Shown: in pieces, positions 35,736 through 43,701 of the stretch
How the letters are laid out: each line of letters starts with the position of its first letter
Numbering within the stretch: position 1 is the stretch's first letter
Assembly (NCBI GenBank): GCA_945873585.1
Contig: CAMCDO010000001.1
Coordinates: 1-43,701, forward strand
Length of the DNA stretch: 43,701 bases
Origin: Verrucomicrobia subdivision 6 bacterium
GTDB lineage: Bacteria > Verrucomicrobiota > Verrucomicrobiia > Methylacidiphilales > Verrucolacustridaceae
Direction: 5' to 3'
Position numbers and translations under genes: made by a program
The notes under the pieces: generated by a model
Seen by the model: only the letters and a program-made list of their open reading frames with translations
Database searches by the model: none
What the model was told of the DNA's origin: nothing

Positions 35736-36464
35736 ATGGGAAGACAGTGGTTGCATGCGAAGAGGGAGGTGGCCTCACTCAAAAAATCCAAGACAACGAG
35801 CAAGTTTGTTCGCGAAATTACTTTAGCGGCTCGTCTGGGGGCGGATCCTACCTTGAATTCCCGTTTGGCGGCGGCTTTGGAACGGGCGAGAAAAGAAAGC
35901 GTCTCGAGGGACATTATCGAGAGAGCGGTGCAGAAGGGTTCAGGAACAGAGGGGGGCAAAGATAGTCTTGAGCACATGGTTTTCGAGGGGTATGCCCCGC
36001 ACAAAGTGCCTCTGATTCTCGAGGTCTACACAGATAATCATAATCGCACGGCTCCTGAAATTCGTTTTCTATTTAAAGCGGGCCATCTGGGAGCTTCGGG
36101 CAGTAATCGGTTTCTCTTTGAGCAAGTTGGCATCGTGGAAGGGCATCATCCCGAGAGTGGAAAAGATCGGGAGGAAGCGGGGATTGAGGCGGGGGCGAAC
36201 GAGGTGGAGGCGCTTTCCCACGAACAAAACGATGAAATTCCGGCAGGCTCCTGCGGGGCGAGATTTTTAACCGAGCGCTCGGCGGTCCATTCGGTCGCCC
36301 AGTGGCTCAAGGCAAATGGTTGGACCGTGGTGACGAGCGAGTTGGGCTACGTGCCGAAGAATTATCCAGAGTTAGGGGATGAGAGTCGTGCAGAAGTGGG
36401 GACCTTTTTACAATCGCTCGAAGACCACGATGACGTGCACCGCATCTGGGCAGCGGTTCGTTAA
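35736..36464 (+). CDS. yebC: YebC/PmpR family protein
   Basis: [35 protein letters not shown]. Confidence 0.92.
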   Translation: MGRQWLHAKREVASLKKSKTTSKFVREITLAARLGADPTLNSRLAAALERARKESVSRDIIERAVQKGSGTEGGKDSLEHMVFEGYAPHKVPLILEVYTDNHNRTAPEIRFLFKAGHLGASGSNRFLFEQVGIVEGHHPESGKDREEAGIEAGANEVEALSHEQNDEIPAGSCGARFLTERSAVHSVAQWLKANGWTVVTSELGYVPKNYPELGDESRAEVGTFLQSLEDHDDVHRIWAAVR

Positions 36465-36466
36465 TT

Positions 36467-36649
36467 ATGCGCCGAGGCGGGAAGAGTGTTTCCAAAGAGA
36501 ATTTACCGCAAAAAATCTGCCTAAAGTGTGAGAGACCTTTTTCTTGGAGGAAAAAGTGGGAGCGGGATTGGGTTGAGGTGAAGTACTGCAGTGACGCGTG
36601 TCGGCGTAATGTTATTTCGAAAAAACCTGGTCCCGTTCGGGAGGGGTAA
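36467..36649 (+). CDS. DUF2256 domain small protein
   Basis: [34 protein letters not shown]. Confidence 0.9.
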   Translation: MRRGGKSVSKENLPQKICLKCERPFSWRKKWERDWVEVKYCSDACRRNVISKKPGPVREG

Positions 36650-37178
36650 GTTCCTTCCAATGGCTAGGAGGGAGGTTTCCTAGTTGGAAATTGCCAATCT
36701 GGACACGAAACAACCGGAGGGTGGGATGGCCAATAGTGGCGGTCATTTTACGGACTTGTCGATTTTTGCCTTCGATCAATTCAAGGGCGATCCAAGAATC
36801 GGGAACGGTTTTTCTGATTCGGATGGGAGGATCGCGGGGTGGAAGTTTGGGTTGGGGATCGAGGAGCCAAGCACGGCAGGGAAGAGTTTGGTGCTCTCCC
36901 ATGGAAACGCCGTGCGACAGCTTTTCGAGTGAGGAAGAAGCAGGAATCCCTTCGACTTGGGCCCAGTAGCGGCGGGGATGGGCTTGTTGGGGATCGAGGA
37001 GACGGGTGTTGAGGCTTGGTTCGTCGCTGAGAAGGAGAAGTCCCTCCGAATCGGCATCGAGACGCCCGAGCGGGTAAACATCTTTTGGGAATCCAAACTC
37101 AGCCAAAGTGCGGTTGGGTGAGCCATCTGGGGTGAATTGGGAAATCACCCCATAGGGTTTGTGAAAGGCGAGGAGCAC
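36612..37178 (-). CDS. rluE: rRNA pseudouridine synthase, RsuA family without S4 domain (RluE-like)
   Basis: [36 protein letters not shown]. Confidence 0.88.
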   Translation of the reverse strand: MLLAFHKPYGVISQFTPDGSPNRTLAEFGFPKDVYPLGRLDADSEGLLLLSDEPSLNTRLLDPQQAHPRRYWAQVEGIPASSSLEKLSHGVSMGEHQTLPCRAWLLDPQPKLPPRDPPIRIRKTVPDSWIALELIEGKNRQVRKMTATIGHPTLRLFRVQIGNFQLGNLPPSHWKELTPPERDQVFSK

Positions 37179-37241
37179 AACGAAGGAGATAGTATCGACT
37201 TTATTTCAGGAGTGAGGCTTAAAAAAAGGCCTCCCTATACG

Positions 37242-37257
37242 TGTTACAATTGTAACA
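37242..37257. promoter_or_regulatory. perfect 16-bp palindrome between divergent genes
   Basis: TGTTACAATTGTAACA; each strand reads TG-T-TACAAT (extended -10). Confidence 0.6.
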
Positions 37258-37286
37258 GCTATAGGTTGTTGATGGATTGGGATGGT

Positions 37287-37315
37287 TTGAGTTGGGTTGG
37301 GTGGAGGCGTAAGGT
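37287..37315 (+). promoter_or_regulatory. sigma70-type leaderless promoter for the rhodanese gene
   Basis: TTGAGT (37287-92), 17 bp, TAAGGT (37310-15), 7 nt, ATG 37323. Confidence 0.55.
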
Positions 37316-37322
37316 GGGAGGC

Positions 37323-37853
37323 ATGGAAATAGTGGTCATGAAGCCCGAGCAGGTGGAGGCTCGGCGGTTGGCAGGGGAGCGAATGCACTTTGTGGATGTT
37401 CGATCTCCTGGAGAGTTTCAGCAGGTACATGTCACAGGGGCTTTGCTTTATCCCCTAGATGGACTTCAGCCTAAGAAAATCGCGATCGAGTTAGGCATCA
37501 GTGCCCAAGCTCCAGCGGTATTTCTGTGTGCGGGTGGAACGCGAGCACGGAGGGCGGCGGAGAAATTTCTGGCTGAGGGAATTCCCCACTGTCTGGTGGT
37601 GGAGGGTGGCACTAAGGCTTGGGAAGCGGCTGGTTTGTCTGTGGTGCGGGGTAAAGGAGTGATTTCGATCGATCGTCAGGTGAGGATCGGGGCAGGATCT
37701 ATGGCACTACTTGGAGTAGTGCTGGGTTCATGGGTTGATCCGCTGTGGTTTTTTCTTAGCGGCTTTGTCGGGGCGGGTTTGATTTTTGCAGGAATAACCG
37801 ATTGGTGTGGGATGGGACTGTTTTTGGCGAAGATGCCATGGAATCAAAGGTGA
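37323..37853 (+). CDS. membrane rhodanese with DUF2892 (YgaP-like)
   Basis: VDVRSPGEF..H, active-site CAGGTRA, EGGTKAW, RQVRIGAG, FAGITDWCGM...MPWN. Confidence 0.92.
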   Translation: MEIVVMKPEQVEARRLAGERMHFVDVRSPGEFQQVHVTGALLYPLDGLQPKKIAIELGISAQAPAVFLCAGGTRARRAAEKFLAEGIPHCLVVEGGTKAWEAAGLSVVRGKGVISIDRQVRIGAGSMALLGVVLGSWVDPLWFFLSGFVGAGLIFAGITDWCGMGLFLAKMPWNQR

Positions 37854-37878
37854 GTCGTAGGGTACAAAATCTGATCTC

Positions 37879-39351
37879 TTAGCGCAAAAGTCTTTCCTTG
37901 CTGGCTTGATTCAGTGCAGGTGTGCTGAGAATAAATTGGCGAGCGGCCGCGGGATCGTACTGCATCCAGCGATTAATAGCTGATTCCATGGCACCATTTC
38001 TGAGATTGGGGCTGGTGATTTCTACCGCCCATTGGGCGGCAGAGGCCGCATCGTAAGGGGCGAGGGAGCCACAGTAGGCGTTGAGGGCGGTGTCGTGCAG
38101 GGATGGATTATTCAAACTTCGGACCCACTGACCTGCGGCTTCTGGGTCAGTTCTAGCCCAGGTTCCTGCGACTGCACTGATGGCGGAGTTGCGGTCCGAT
38201 TCTTTCGGTAGGGAGAGAGACCAGTTGACAGCTTCTTGTGGGTCCATTGAGGTCCAGCGTCCTGCGACTGAACTGATGCGGCTGGAAAAAAAAGGTTGTC
38301 CTGTGGGACTGGCCAGCCAGTTGGCGGCACCTTGTGGATCGTTTCCGATCAAGGTACCTAAGGCCGCCTCGAAAAACTTTCGTTGAATAGGACCGATTGC
38401 CAATTTTGAGCCAAGGCTGATTTCGGTGGATTGGCCTAATCCCCAGGAGAGGGCGGCGGAGGGGTCTTTTCTAACCCAATCTGCGGCCAATTTTGCAATG
38501 AGGGCCCACTGGACGTCCCCAGGCTGAGTGATCAGCCAGCTGGCAGCTCCAGCTGGATCTCGGCGGGTCCACTCGCCGAGAATGGCATCGAGGGTTTTTT
38601 CGCGAAGAGGTCCTGGCAAGGCCCTTGCCCAAAGCATAGCGCTGGCGAAATTCTTTCCCGCATGAGGCGGGGCGGTGGCGGCGCTGGCGATTCCGCGGGC
38701 GGAGGCGGGGCGGAGTGAGGAGATACTTTGGGCAGCGGCGGTGGAATCTTTTTTAGCCCAGATGGCGTAGACCGTGCGGATGGCTGAGTCGCGAAGGGAG
38801 GGGGAGCCTAAGTTTCCCGCCCAGCGGGCAGCTTCGGAAGGCTTTGCGTTGGCCCAGATCGCTAAAGCATCCATGAGAAGACCCTCCTCCGCGCCTTGCA
38901 GGACGGCGGTGTAGGCGTATTGACAGGCGGCGGCGGGCTCGAGGGTGACCCATCGCTGGATGAGCCACCGTTCGACTTGGTTGGCGACAGGTCCAGGAGA
39001 CCAAGTGGATAGTTGTGAGAGCCGAGTGCGAATCTCAGAAAGGGAGAGAGACTGAATAGTTTTTTCGTCCCAGCCCTTTTCTTTTTTTCCGGAACTGGCA
39101 ATTTGGTTGCCAGGGATAGTTGGCTTTTTCGGATCGGAGTCGGAGGAGGTAGGGGGTTGGGGAAAGGGAGAAGATTCGGAAGAGGGCGAAAAGAGGAGGG
39201 GACGACCGAAAAAGGTACCGAGAAGGAAACCGAGAAAAAGGGCGGAGGGAATGATTAGAGTGGCGAGGGGAGACTTTAGGCTTGTTGGTTGAGAAAGCGT
39301 TGGGCGTTTTGACGGATCTGGGTTTGATCGGCGGGTGTTTTTTTCTCCCAT
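37879..39351 (-). CDS. membrane-anchored alpha-helical repeat protein (WxxxDPxAAxxW repeats)
   Basis: TM helix, Ser/Pro linker, about 11 repeats; start uncertain, ATG 39351 overlaps the photolyase 3' end. Confidence 0.85.
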   Translation of the reverse strand: MGEKNTRRSNPDPSKRPTLSQPTSLKSPLATLIIPSALFLGFLLGTFFGRPLLFSPSSESSPFPQPPTSSDSDPKKPTIPGNQIASSGKKEKGWDEKTIQSLSLSEIRTRLSQLSTWSPGPVANQVERWLIQRWVTLEPAAACQYAYTAVLQGAEEGLLMDALAIWANAKPSEAARWAGNLGSPSLRDSAIRTVYAIWAKKDSTAAAQSISSLRPASARGIASAATAPPHAGKNFASAMLWARALPGPLREKTLDAILGEWTRRDPAGAASWLITQPGDVQWALIAKLAADWVRKDPSAALSWGLGQSTEISLGSKLAIGPIQRKFFEAALGTLIGNDPQGAANWLASPTGQPFFSSRISSVAGRWTSMDPQEAVNWSLSLPKESDRNSAISAVAGTWARTDPEAAGQWVRSLNNPSLHDTALNAYCGSLAPYDAASAAQWAVEITSPNLRNGAMESAINRWMQYDPAAARQFILSTPALNQASKERLLR

Positions 39352-40808
39352 AACTTGACCATCATACCGATTCGGGGGTTTTTGCCAAAAAGCTTTGCGT
39401 GCTGCCCAAAGAAGTTCCAGTAGAGGGAGTGGAAGGGGCAAGCTTGGGGGCCTTCACGCTGTTTGGGGTCGAACTGGCAGGAGGCACAGTGGTTGCCCAT
39501 TTTATCCTGATAAGCGGCGCCTGCGGCGTACGGTTTGGTGGCAAAGAAGCCCCCGTCGGCAAAGAGGATCATACCGAGGACGTTGGGCACCATGACCCAG
39601 TCGTAGGCATCGAGATACATTTCACTGTACCAGCGGAGAACCGCCTTGGGCTCGTATCCGCCAAGTAGGAAAAAGTTGCCGAGGACCATCAGTCGTTGAA
39701 TGTGATGGTTGTAAGCGTGATCGATTGCGCCATGGATGGCTTGGGATACGCAGCGCATCTCGGTCTCCCCCGTATAGGCCCATCGTGGCAAAGGGCGATT
39801 AGCCCCAAGGAAGTTAACCTCACGATACTCAGGCATTTTCAGCCAGTAAATTCCGTGAATGAACTCCCGCCAGCCAAGGATTTGTCGAATAAAACCCTCC
39901 ACTGAGTTGAGCGGGGCTTTACCGTCACGGTAGGCTTTTTCGGCCGCTTGGATGCATTCAAGTGGAGTGAGTAGACCCAGATTCAAGAGAGGCGAGAGAA
40001 CGGAGTGAAAGAGTATGGGTTCGCCATCGACCATGGTGTCCTCCCAGGAGCCAAACTTTTCGAGTCGTTGACGAATAAAAATTTTAAGCCAATCCAAGGC
40101 CCCCTCGCGGGTGGTGGGAACCCATAGGTCGGCTGCTTTGCCAGGATGATGGGGAAAAAGTTTACTTACTTGGGCTGCTACCTCCTGAACGATCGGGTCC
40201 TTCACGGGAGTGGGCAAGGGAGGAACTTTTGGTTTTTCCTTTGCGAATTCGCGGAAGGTGCGGCGGTTCTGGTCGTCGAGATTCCAATCACCGCCCTCGG
40301 GTTTGCCTTGGGAATCGAGGAGGATGTTCCTTTCGGTTCGGAGCCGGCGGTAGTGGGTCTCCATAAGGAGGTGCTTCTTTCCTTGGGCCCACGACTGAAA
40401 CTCTTCTCGAGACACGAGAAACTGAGGACTCGAATGGCGTTGGATGGGAATTCCTAGTTTTTTTGAAAGCGTGGGGAGAGAGTGCAGGGTGTCGAACTCG
40501 TTGGGGTCGAGGAGTTGGATTTCCTGAATTCGGTGCTGTTTGACCCAAGTGGCAAGAACCGTGCTGTAGTCGGCCTGATCGGAGGAGTCGCTGAGGTGGT
40601 GATAGAGGATGTTGAATTTACGTTTTTTTAGATCGGTGGCGTAGTGGCGCATCGCGGAGTAGAGAAGGGTGAGTTTTTGCTGGTGGTAGCGGAGGTGGGA
40701 ACCGCGCGGAGCAGATTCGATCATACCGACGAGAAGATCCGGGGCGGGGGATGGGAGGAGGGGGTGGGATGGGAGGAGTTGGTCTCCAAGGATCCAGATT
40801 AAGCGCAT
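39276..40808 (-). CDS. cryptochrome/photolyase, FeS-BCP class (PhrB/CryB-like (6-4) photolyase)
   Basis: WILGDQL, YHQQKL, PEGGDWNLD, RQILGWREF, HHIQRLMV, four Fe-S cysteines (MRC, CASC, ACPF). Confidence 0.93.
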   Translation of the reverse strand: MRLIWILGDQLLPSHPLLPSPAPDLLVGMIESAPRGSHLRYHQQKLTLLYSAMRHYATDLKKRKFNILYHHLSDSSDQADYSTVLATWVKQHRIQEIQLLDPNEFDTLHSLPTLSKKLGIPIQRHSSPQFLVSREEFQSWAQGKKHLLMETHYRRLRTERNILLDSQGKPEGGDWNLDDQNRRTFREFAKEKPKVPPLPTPVKDPIVQEVAAQVSKLFPHHPGKAADLWVPTTREGALDWLKIFIRQRLEKFGSWEDTMVDGEPILFHSVLSPLLNLGLLTPLECIQAAEKAYRDGKAPLNSVEGFIRQILGWREFIHGIYWLKMPEYREVNFLGANRPLPRWAYTGETEMRCVSQAIHGAIDHAYNHHIQRLMVLGNFFLLGGYEPKAVLRWYSEMYLDAYDWVMVPNVLGMILFADGGFFATKPYAAGAAYQDKMGNHCASCQFDPKQREGPQACPFHSLYWNFFGQHAKLFGKNPRIGMMVKLWEKKTPADQTQIRQNAQRFLNQQA

Positions 40809-40891
40809 AGGACTAAGTTAGGGCAAAATAGGCGGGGTCAAGTTGGGAAGAGAGTTCTTGTCCCGCCAGAGGTTCGGAGAATAGTGGTGGG

Positions 40892-41542
40892 ATGCTTACT
40901 TTCATGGAGGAGATCGTTTTGTTGGCTTTGGATGATAAGACCGGAAAGTTTTTCGATCTGCCGCCCTTGGCATTGGATCAGGCTTTAGCCGGAGCGGCCC
41001 TTTTGGAGTTGGCCTTTCAAAGCCGAATCGACACGGATTTAACTCATTTAACTTTGGTCAGCGAGCAGCCTACGGGAGACAAGATGCTCGATCCGCTCTT
41101 GGCGCAGATTGTGGCAGCAACCGACAAGAAGGATGCAAAGTATTGGGTTGGGGTATTTTCGGCGGATGGCGAAAAGTTGCGCGAGGCGGCGTTGGCGAAG
41201 TTGGTCACGCGTGGGGTGCTGAAGAAGCAGGAGAAAAAGATTCTATGGGTAATTCCTGGGAGGCGCTATCCAATGGTCAACGATCAAGAGGAGCGGGAAG
41301 TTCGAAAGCGGATTGAAGCGGTCATTGTGGAGGGTGAGGTGCCGAATCCAAGAGATGTGGTCTTGATCAGTCTAGCGAGCGCGTGTCAGTTGTTGTTGAC
41401 GGTTTTCTCGGATGCAGAGCTACTGAAGTACAGTGCAAGAGTGGCAGAAGTTTCGAAGATGGATCTGATTGGGCGGGCGGTCTCCAAGTCGGTGGCCGAG
41501 GTGCAAGAGGCGGTAATGCGAGCGGTTCTCTACTCGGTTTAG
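40892..41542 (+). CDS. GPP34/GOLPH3 (Vps74) family protein
   Basis: LTFMEEIVLLALDDKTGK, LAGAALLELA...RI, PTGDKMLD, LVTRGVL....KILWV...RYP. Confidence 0.88.
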   Translation: MLTFMEEIVLLALDDKTGKFFDLPPLALDQALAGAALLELAFQSRIDTDLTHLTLVSEQPTGDKMLDPLLAQIVAATDKKDAKYWVGVFSADGEKLREAALAKLVTRGVLKKQEKKILWVIPGRRYPMVNDQEEREVRKRIEAVIVEGEVPNPRDVVLISLASACQLLLTVFSDAELLKYSARVAEVSKMDLIGRAVSKSVAEVQEAVMRAVLYSV

Positions 41543-41562
41543 TTTCGGTCCTAGTTATTTCT

Positions 41563-41586
41563 CAAGGCCATTGGCCTTGTTTTTTT
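41563..41586 (+). terminator. intrinsic terminator
   Basis: CAAGGCC-ATT-GGCCTTG followed by T7, 20 nt after the GPP34 stop. Confidence 0.8.
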
Positions 41587-41596
41587 AATCGGCGGG

Positions 41597-41833
41597 TTAG
41601 TGGCAACCGCAGGAGCCAGAACCGCATCCGTGGCCTGCAGAGGAGGAGGCCGAGGGGGAAGTTTCTGAGGAGAAGCCCATAATGCCGAGGCCGCCAGTGA
41701 TCAGTCGGCGGATGGGCTGGCCTGTTTGAGGATGGTGGGTCAGAGCAGAATCTTTCATGGAGTGCTGAATTTCGAACTGAATGGGTTGCTCGGACGGCTT
41801 GGAGGGAATGGTTTCATAGATATAGGTGGCCAT
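41597..41833 (-). CDS. FmdB-like zinc-ribbon family small protein (ribbon cysteines absent)
   Basis: MATYIYE...FEIQHSMKD..LTHHPQTGQPIRRLITGG; tail HGCGSGSCGCH. Confidence 0.8.
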   Translation of the reverse strand: MATYIYETIPSKPSEQPIQFEIQHSMKDSALTHHPQTGQPIRRLITGGLGIMGFSSETSPSASSSAGHGCGSGSCGCH

Positions 41834-41937
41834 AGATTAGGGTTAGCAGAAAGAGGAGATTTGAAGCGAGGGCATTTAGTCGGGGAGAGATGCTACGTGT
41901 TGATTTATGCAGGAACTAGTGGAACTTAAGCAGTGCG

Positions 41938-42459
41938 ATGAATCCCGATGACTTTCATTATGCCTTGGAAAATACCAAGGTGATTCATGCTCCGCAAAGG
42001 CGTTTAGAAACTTTTGGGACGACGGTGTTGAATTATCATTTAATCACTGAGGAGATGGATGCGGTGAATCGGATGCGGGTGCGGGAGGGTCGTATTCATG
42101 CGCAGAAGCCAGAGTTGGTCACGCCTGATCATTTTGCCAAGTTGATGCTGGATGGTTTTGGCGAAAAGGCGGAAAAGTACGCAGATGCAGTGAGTGAGTT
42201 TGCCTCGCAAATTGCGATCTTGAAGTATGGTTTTACTTTTCGGAAAGATGAAACGCGGAGATATGATGTGACGGGGGCACTGGCGGAGGTGGCGGATAAG
42301 GTGCGGGCGGAGGTTGAGGCCAAAGGGGATCCGTTGGCGGCGGTTTTAACTGGAGTGGATGATGGGTGGGAGGTGTGCCTGCTTAAGTTTTCCCTGGATA
42401 TGGTGTTGGCTTCGGGCGGGGAGCATGTGCGTGATTTGCGCAGGCACGGACTGCTCTAG
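41938..42459 (+). CDS. hypothetical cytoplasmic protein
   Basis: 173 aa clean ORF with globular composition; family not recognised. Confidence 0.8.
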   Translation: MNPDDFHYALENTKVIHAPQRRLETFGTTVLNYHLITEEMDAVNRMRVREGRIHAQKPELVTPDHFAKLMLDGFGEKAEKYADAVSEFASQIAILKYGFTFRKDETRRYDVTGALAEVADKVRAEVEAKGDPLAAVLTGVDDGWEVCLLKFSLDMVLASGGEHVRDLRRHGLL

Positions 42460-42504
42460 ACGGCGGAAACGAATTTCAAGCTCTGAGCCCGAAGCGGAAA
42501 AGTG

Positions 42505-42921
42505 TCAGCTCGAGCACTTGGAGCAGAGACCGGTGAGTTGGAGAGAGTGGCGGACGTTGCGGAAGCCGAGTTGGCGGGCTTTTTTTTCTAAGGGGGAGAT
42601 TAGACACTGATCGAGGCAGACGGTGGAGCGGCACTCTCGGCAAATGATGTGGTGATGGTGGTGGTTGGACTGTTCGGGAAGATAGAAAGTTTTTCCTTTG
42701 AGAGAGACTCTTTGGACGAGGCCTGCCTCGCTGAGCGAGTCGAGGATCCGGTAGACGGTGGCGCGATCGCAGGTGGCGGAGCCGGCTTTGGCGTAGATCT
42801 GGTCGGGGGATAGAGGGGTACTGGTTTTTTCGAGAAGGCTGAGGACGGTTCGGCGACCTGGAGTGGATTTGAGACCTGCTTGGCGCAGGGGGTCGGCATC
42901 GGGGGAGTGGGCGTGACGCAT
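42505..42921 (-). CDS. fur: Fur family metal-responsive regulator
   Basis: GLKSTPGRRTVL, DRATVYRIL..L...GLV, HHHHIICREC, GLCSKC; metal specificity (Fur/Zur/PerR) not determinable. Confidence 0.92.
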   Translation of the reverse strand: MRHAHSPDADPLRQAGLKSTPGRRTVLSLLEKTSTPLSPDQIYAKAGSATCDRATVYRILDSLSEAGLVQRVSLKGKTFYLPEQSNHHHHHIICRECRSTVCLDQCLISPLEKKARQLGFRNVRHSLQLTGLCSKCSS

Positions 42922-43046
42922 GAAGACTTAAGATTGGAGGTAAACTTGGTTCCTTCGAGGAAAATAGTGGAATCTGTGCGGTTTCTTTGTCGATGGGGCA
43001 ATCGAGTGGCTTGGTTTTTTGCGGAGTATCCATAGGTTCAAAGGAA

Positions 43047-43701
43047 ATGAAGGAGATGACGAAAGCATGGCTGGGTTGGATAGGGAGAGTGCTGTTCACA
43101 GCGGGAGCACTATGGTTTCTGGCAAACAAGCTGAACTGGAGGGAGTTTGGGCAGATCGTTCGGGGAGCCGATGGGCTTTGGGTGGGGATGGCCTTCTTGG
43201 CTTATGGATGTGTGGTGATTATTTCGATTGTGCGGTGGCATCTCCTTTTAGAAGTGGCGGGAGTGGCGGTGGGCTGGGGGCGAACGGTCCAACTTTCGTT
43301 GGCGGGTCTATTTTTTAACAGTGTTCTGCCTGGGGTGATGGGAGGGGATGTGATGCGGGCCTACTGGGCGGCGAAAGATGCGCCGCTGGCGCGACCCGCC
43401 GCAGTAGTTTCGATTTTGATGGAGAGGGTCTTGGGCCTGACGGCAACGGTCACGGTGGGGGCGGCTCTGATTCTGCCCCACTGGAACGATTTGATGATGC
43501 ATCCAGTGACGCGGGCAGGGGCCTATGCTTTCTTGGTGGTTGCGGGAATTCTCTTTGTTTTGCTGACTATTTTAGCTCATCCCGCTTCGGGAAGGATTTT
43601 AAGTGGGAAGAGTCGGGAGGGTTGGAGAAAGGCGGCGGGAGAGGGAGCTGAGGCATGTCATGTCTGTTTAACCCATCCAGTGGGTGCAGGGGTGGGATTA
43701 C
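43047..43701 (+). CDS. lysylphosphatidylglycerol-synthase TM-domain (flippase-like) protein, 3' truncated by the window
   Basis: hand translation MKEMTKAWLGWIGRVLF...RWHLLL...GLFFNSVLPGVMGGDVMRAY...SILMERVLGL; absent from the ORF track because no stop falls in the window. Confidence 0.88.
   Translation, partial: MKEMTKAWLGWIGRVLFTAGALWFLANKLNWREFGQIVRGADGLWVGMAFLAYGCVVIISIVRWHLLLEVAGVAVGWGRTVQLSLAGLFFNSVLPGVMGGDVMRAYWAAKDAPLARPAAVVSILMERVLGLTATVTVGAALILPHWNDLMMHPVTRAGAYAFLVVAGILFVLLTILAHPASGRILSGKSREGWRKAAGEGAEACHVCLTHPVGAGVGL

Noticed and set aside
37137-37322. Upstream extension of the rhodanese ORF
   Set aside because: Overlaps rluE and the promoter region; the domain starts at ATG 37323.
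42922-43046. Fur box upstream of fur
   Set aside because: No GATAATGATAATCATTATC-like or other convincing palindrome seen.
42476-43129. 217-aa minus-strand ORF over fur
   Set aside because: Pro/Arg-rich alternative frame of fur.

Overview
Gene-dense, mostly housekeeping bacterial chromosome segment. The gene families and the WxxxDPxAAxxW repeat protein suggest Verrucomicrobiota (inference). I found no rRNA, tRNA, CRISPR array, transposase or integrase. In order: AsmA-like protein; yicC-gmk-coaC-acs-isochorismatase; glgP; a hopanoid cluster (shc and hpnG-like, convergent with hpnC and an in-frame hpnD-hpnE fusion); lexA-trpS-scpA-scpB-pheA; a 23-34 kb patch of small exported orphan proteins mixed with ppk2, a porin and kdkA/opsX-like LPS genes; fbaB, pfkB, yebC, rluE, rhodanese, an Fe-S photolyase, GPP34, fur, and a truncated LPG-synthase-type membrane protein. 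Best leads: (1) a PD-(D/E)XK nuclease-like gene that the ORF track truncates, apparently starting at a CTG overlapping the stop of a small 2-TM gene; (2) the HpnD-HpnE fusion; (3) a candidate non-canonical LexA operator; (4) a pair of paralogous exported proteins of unknown family; (5) an alpha/beta hydrolase with Cys at the nucleophile position; (6) a Cys-rich exported peptide; (7) many apparently leaderless promoters and one perfectly symmetric bidirectional promoter or operator. All calls come from reading motifs by eye; no searches were run.
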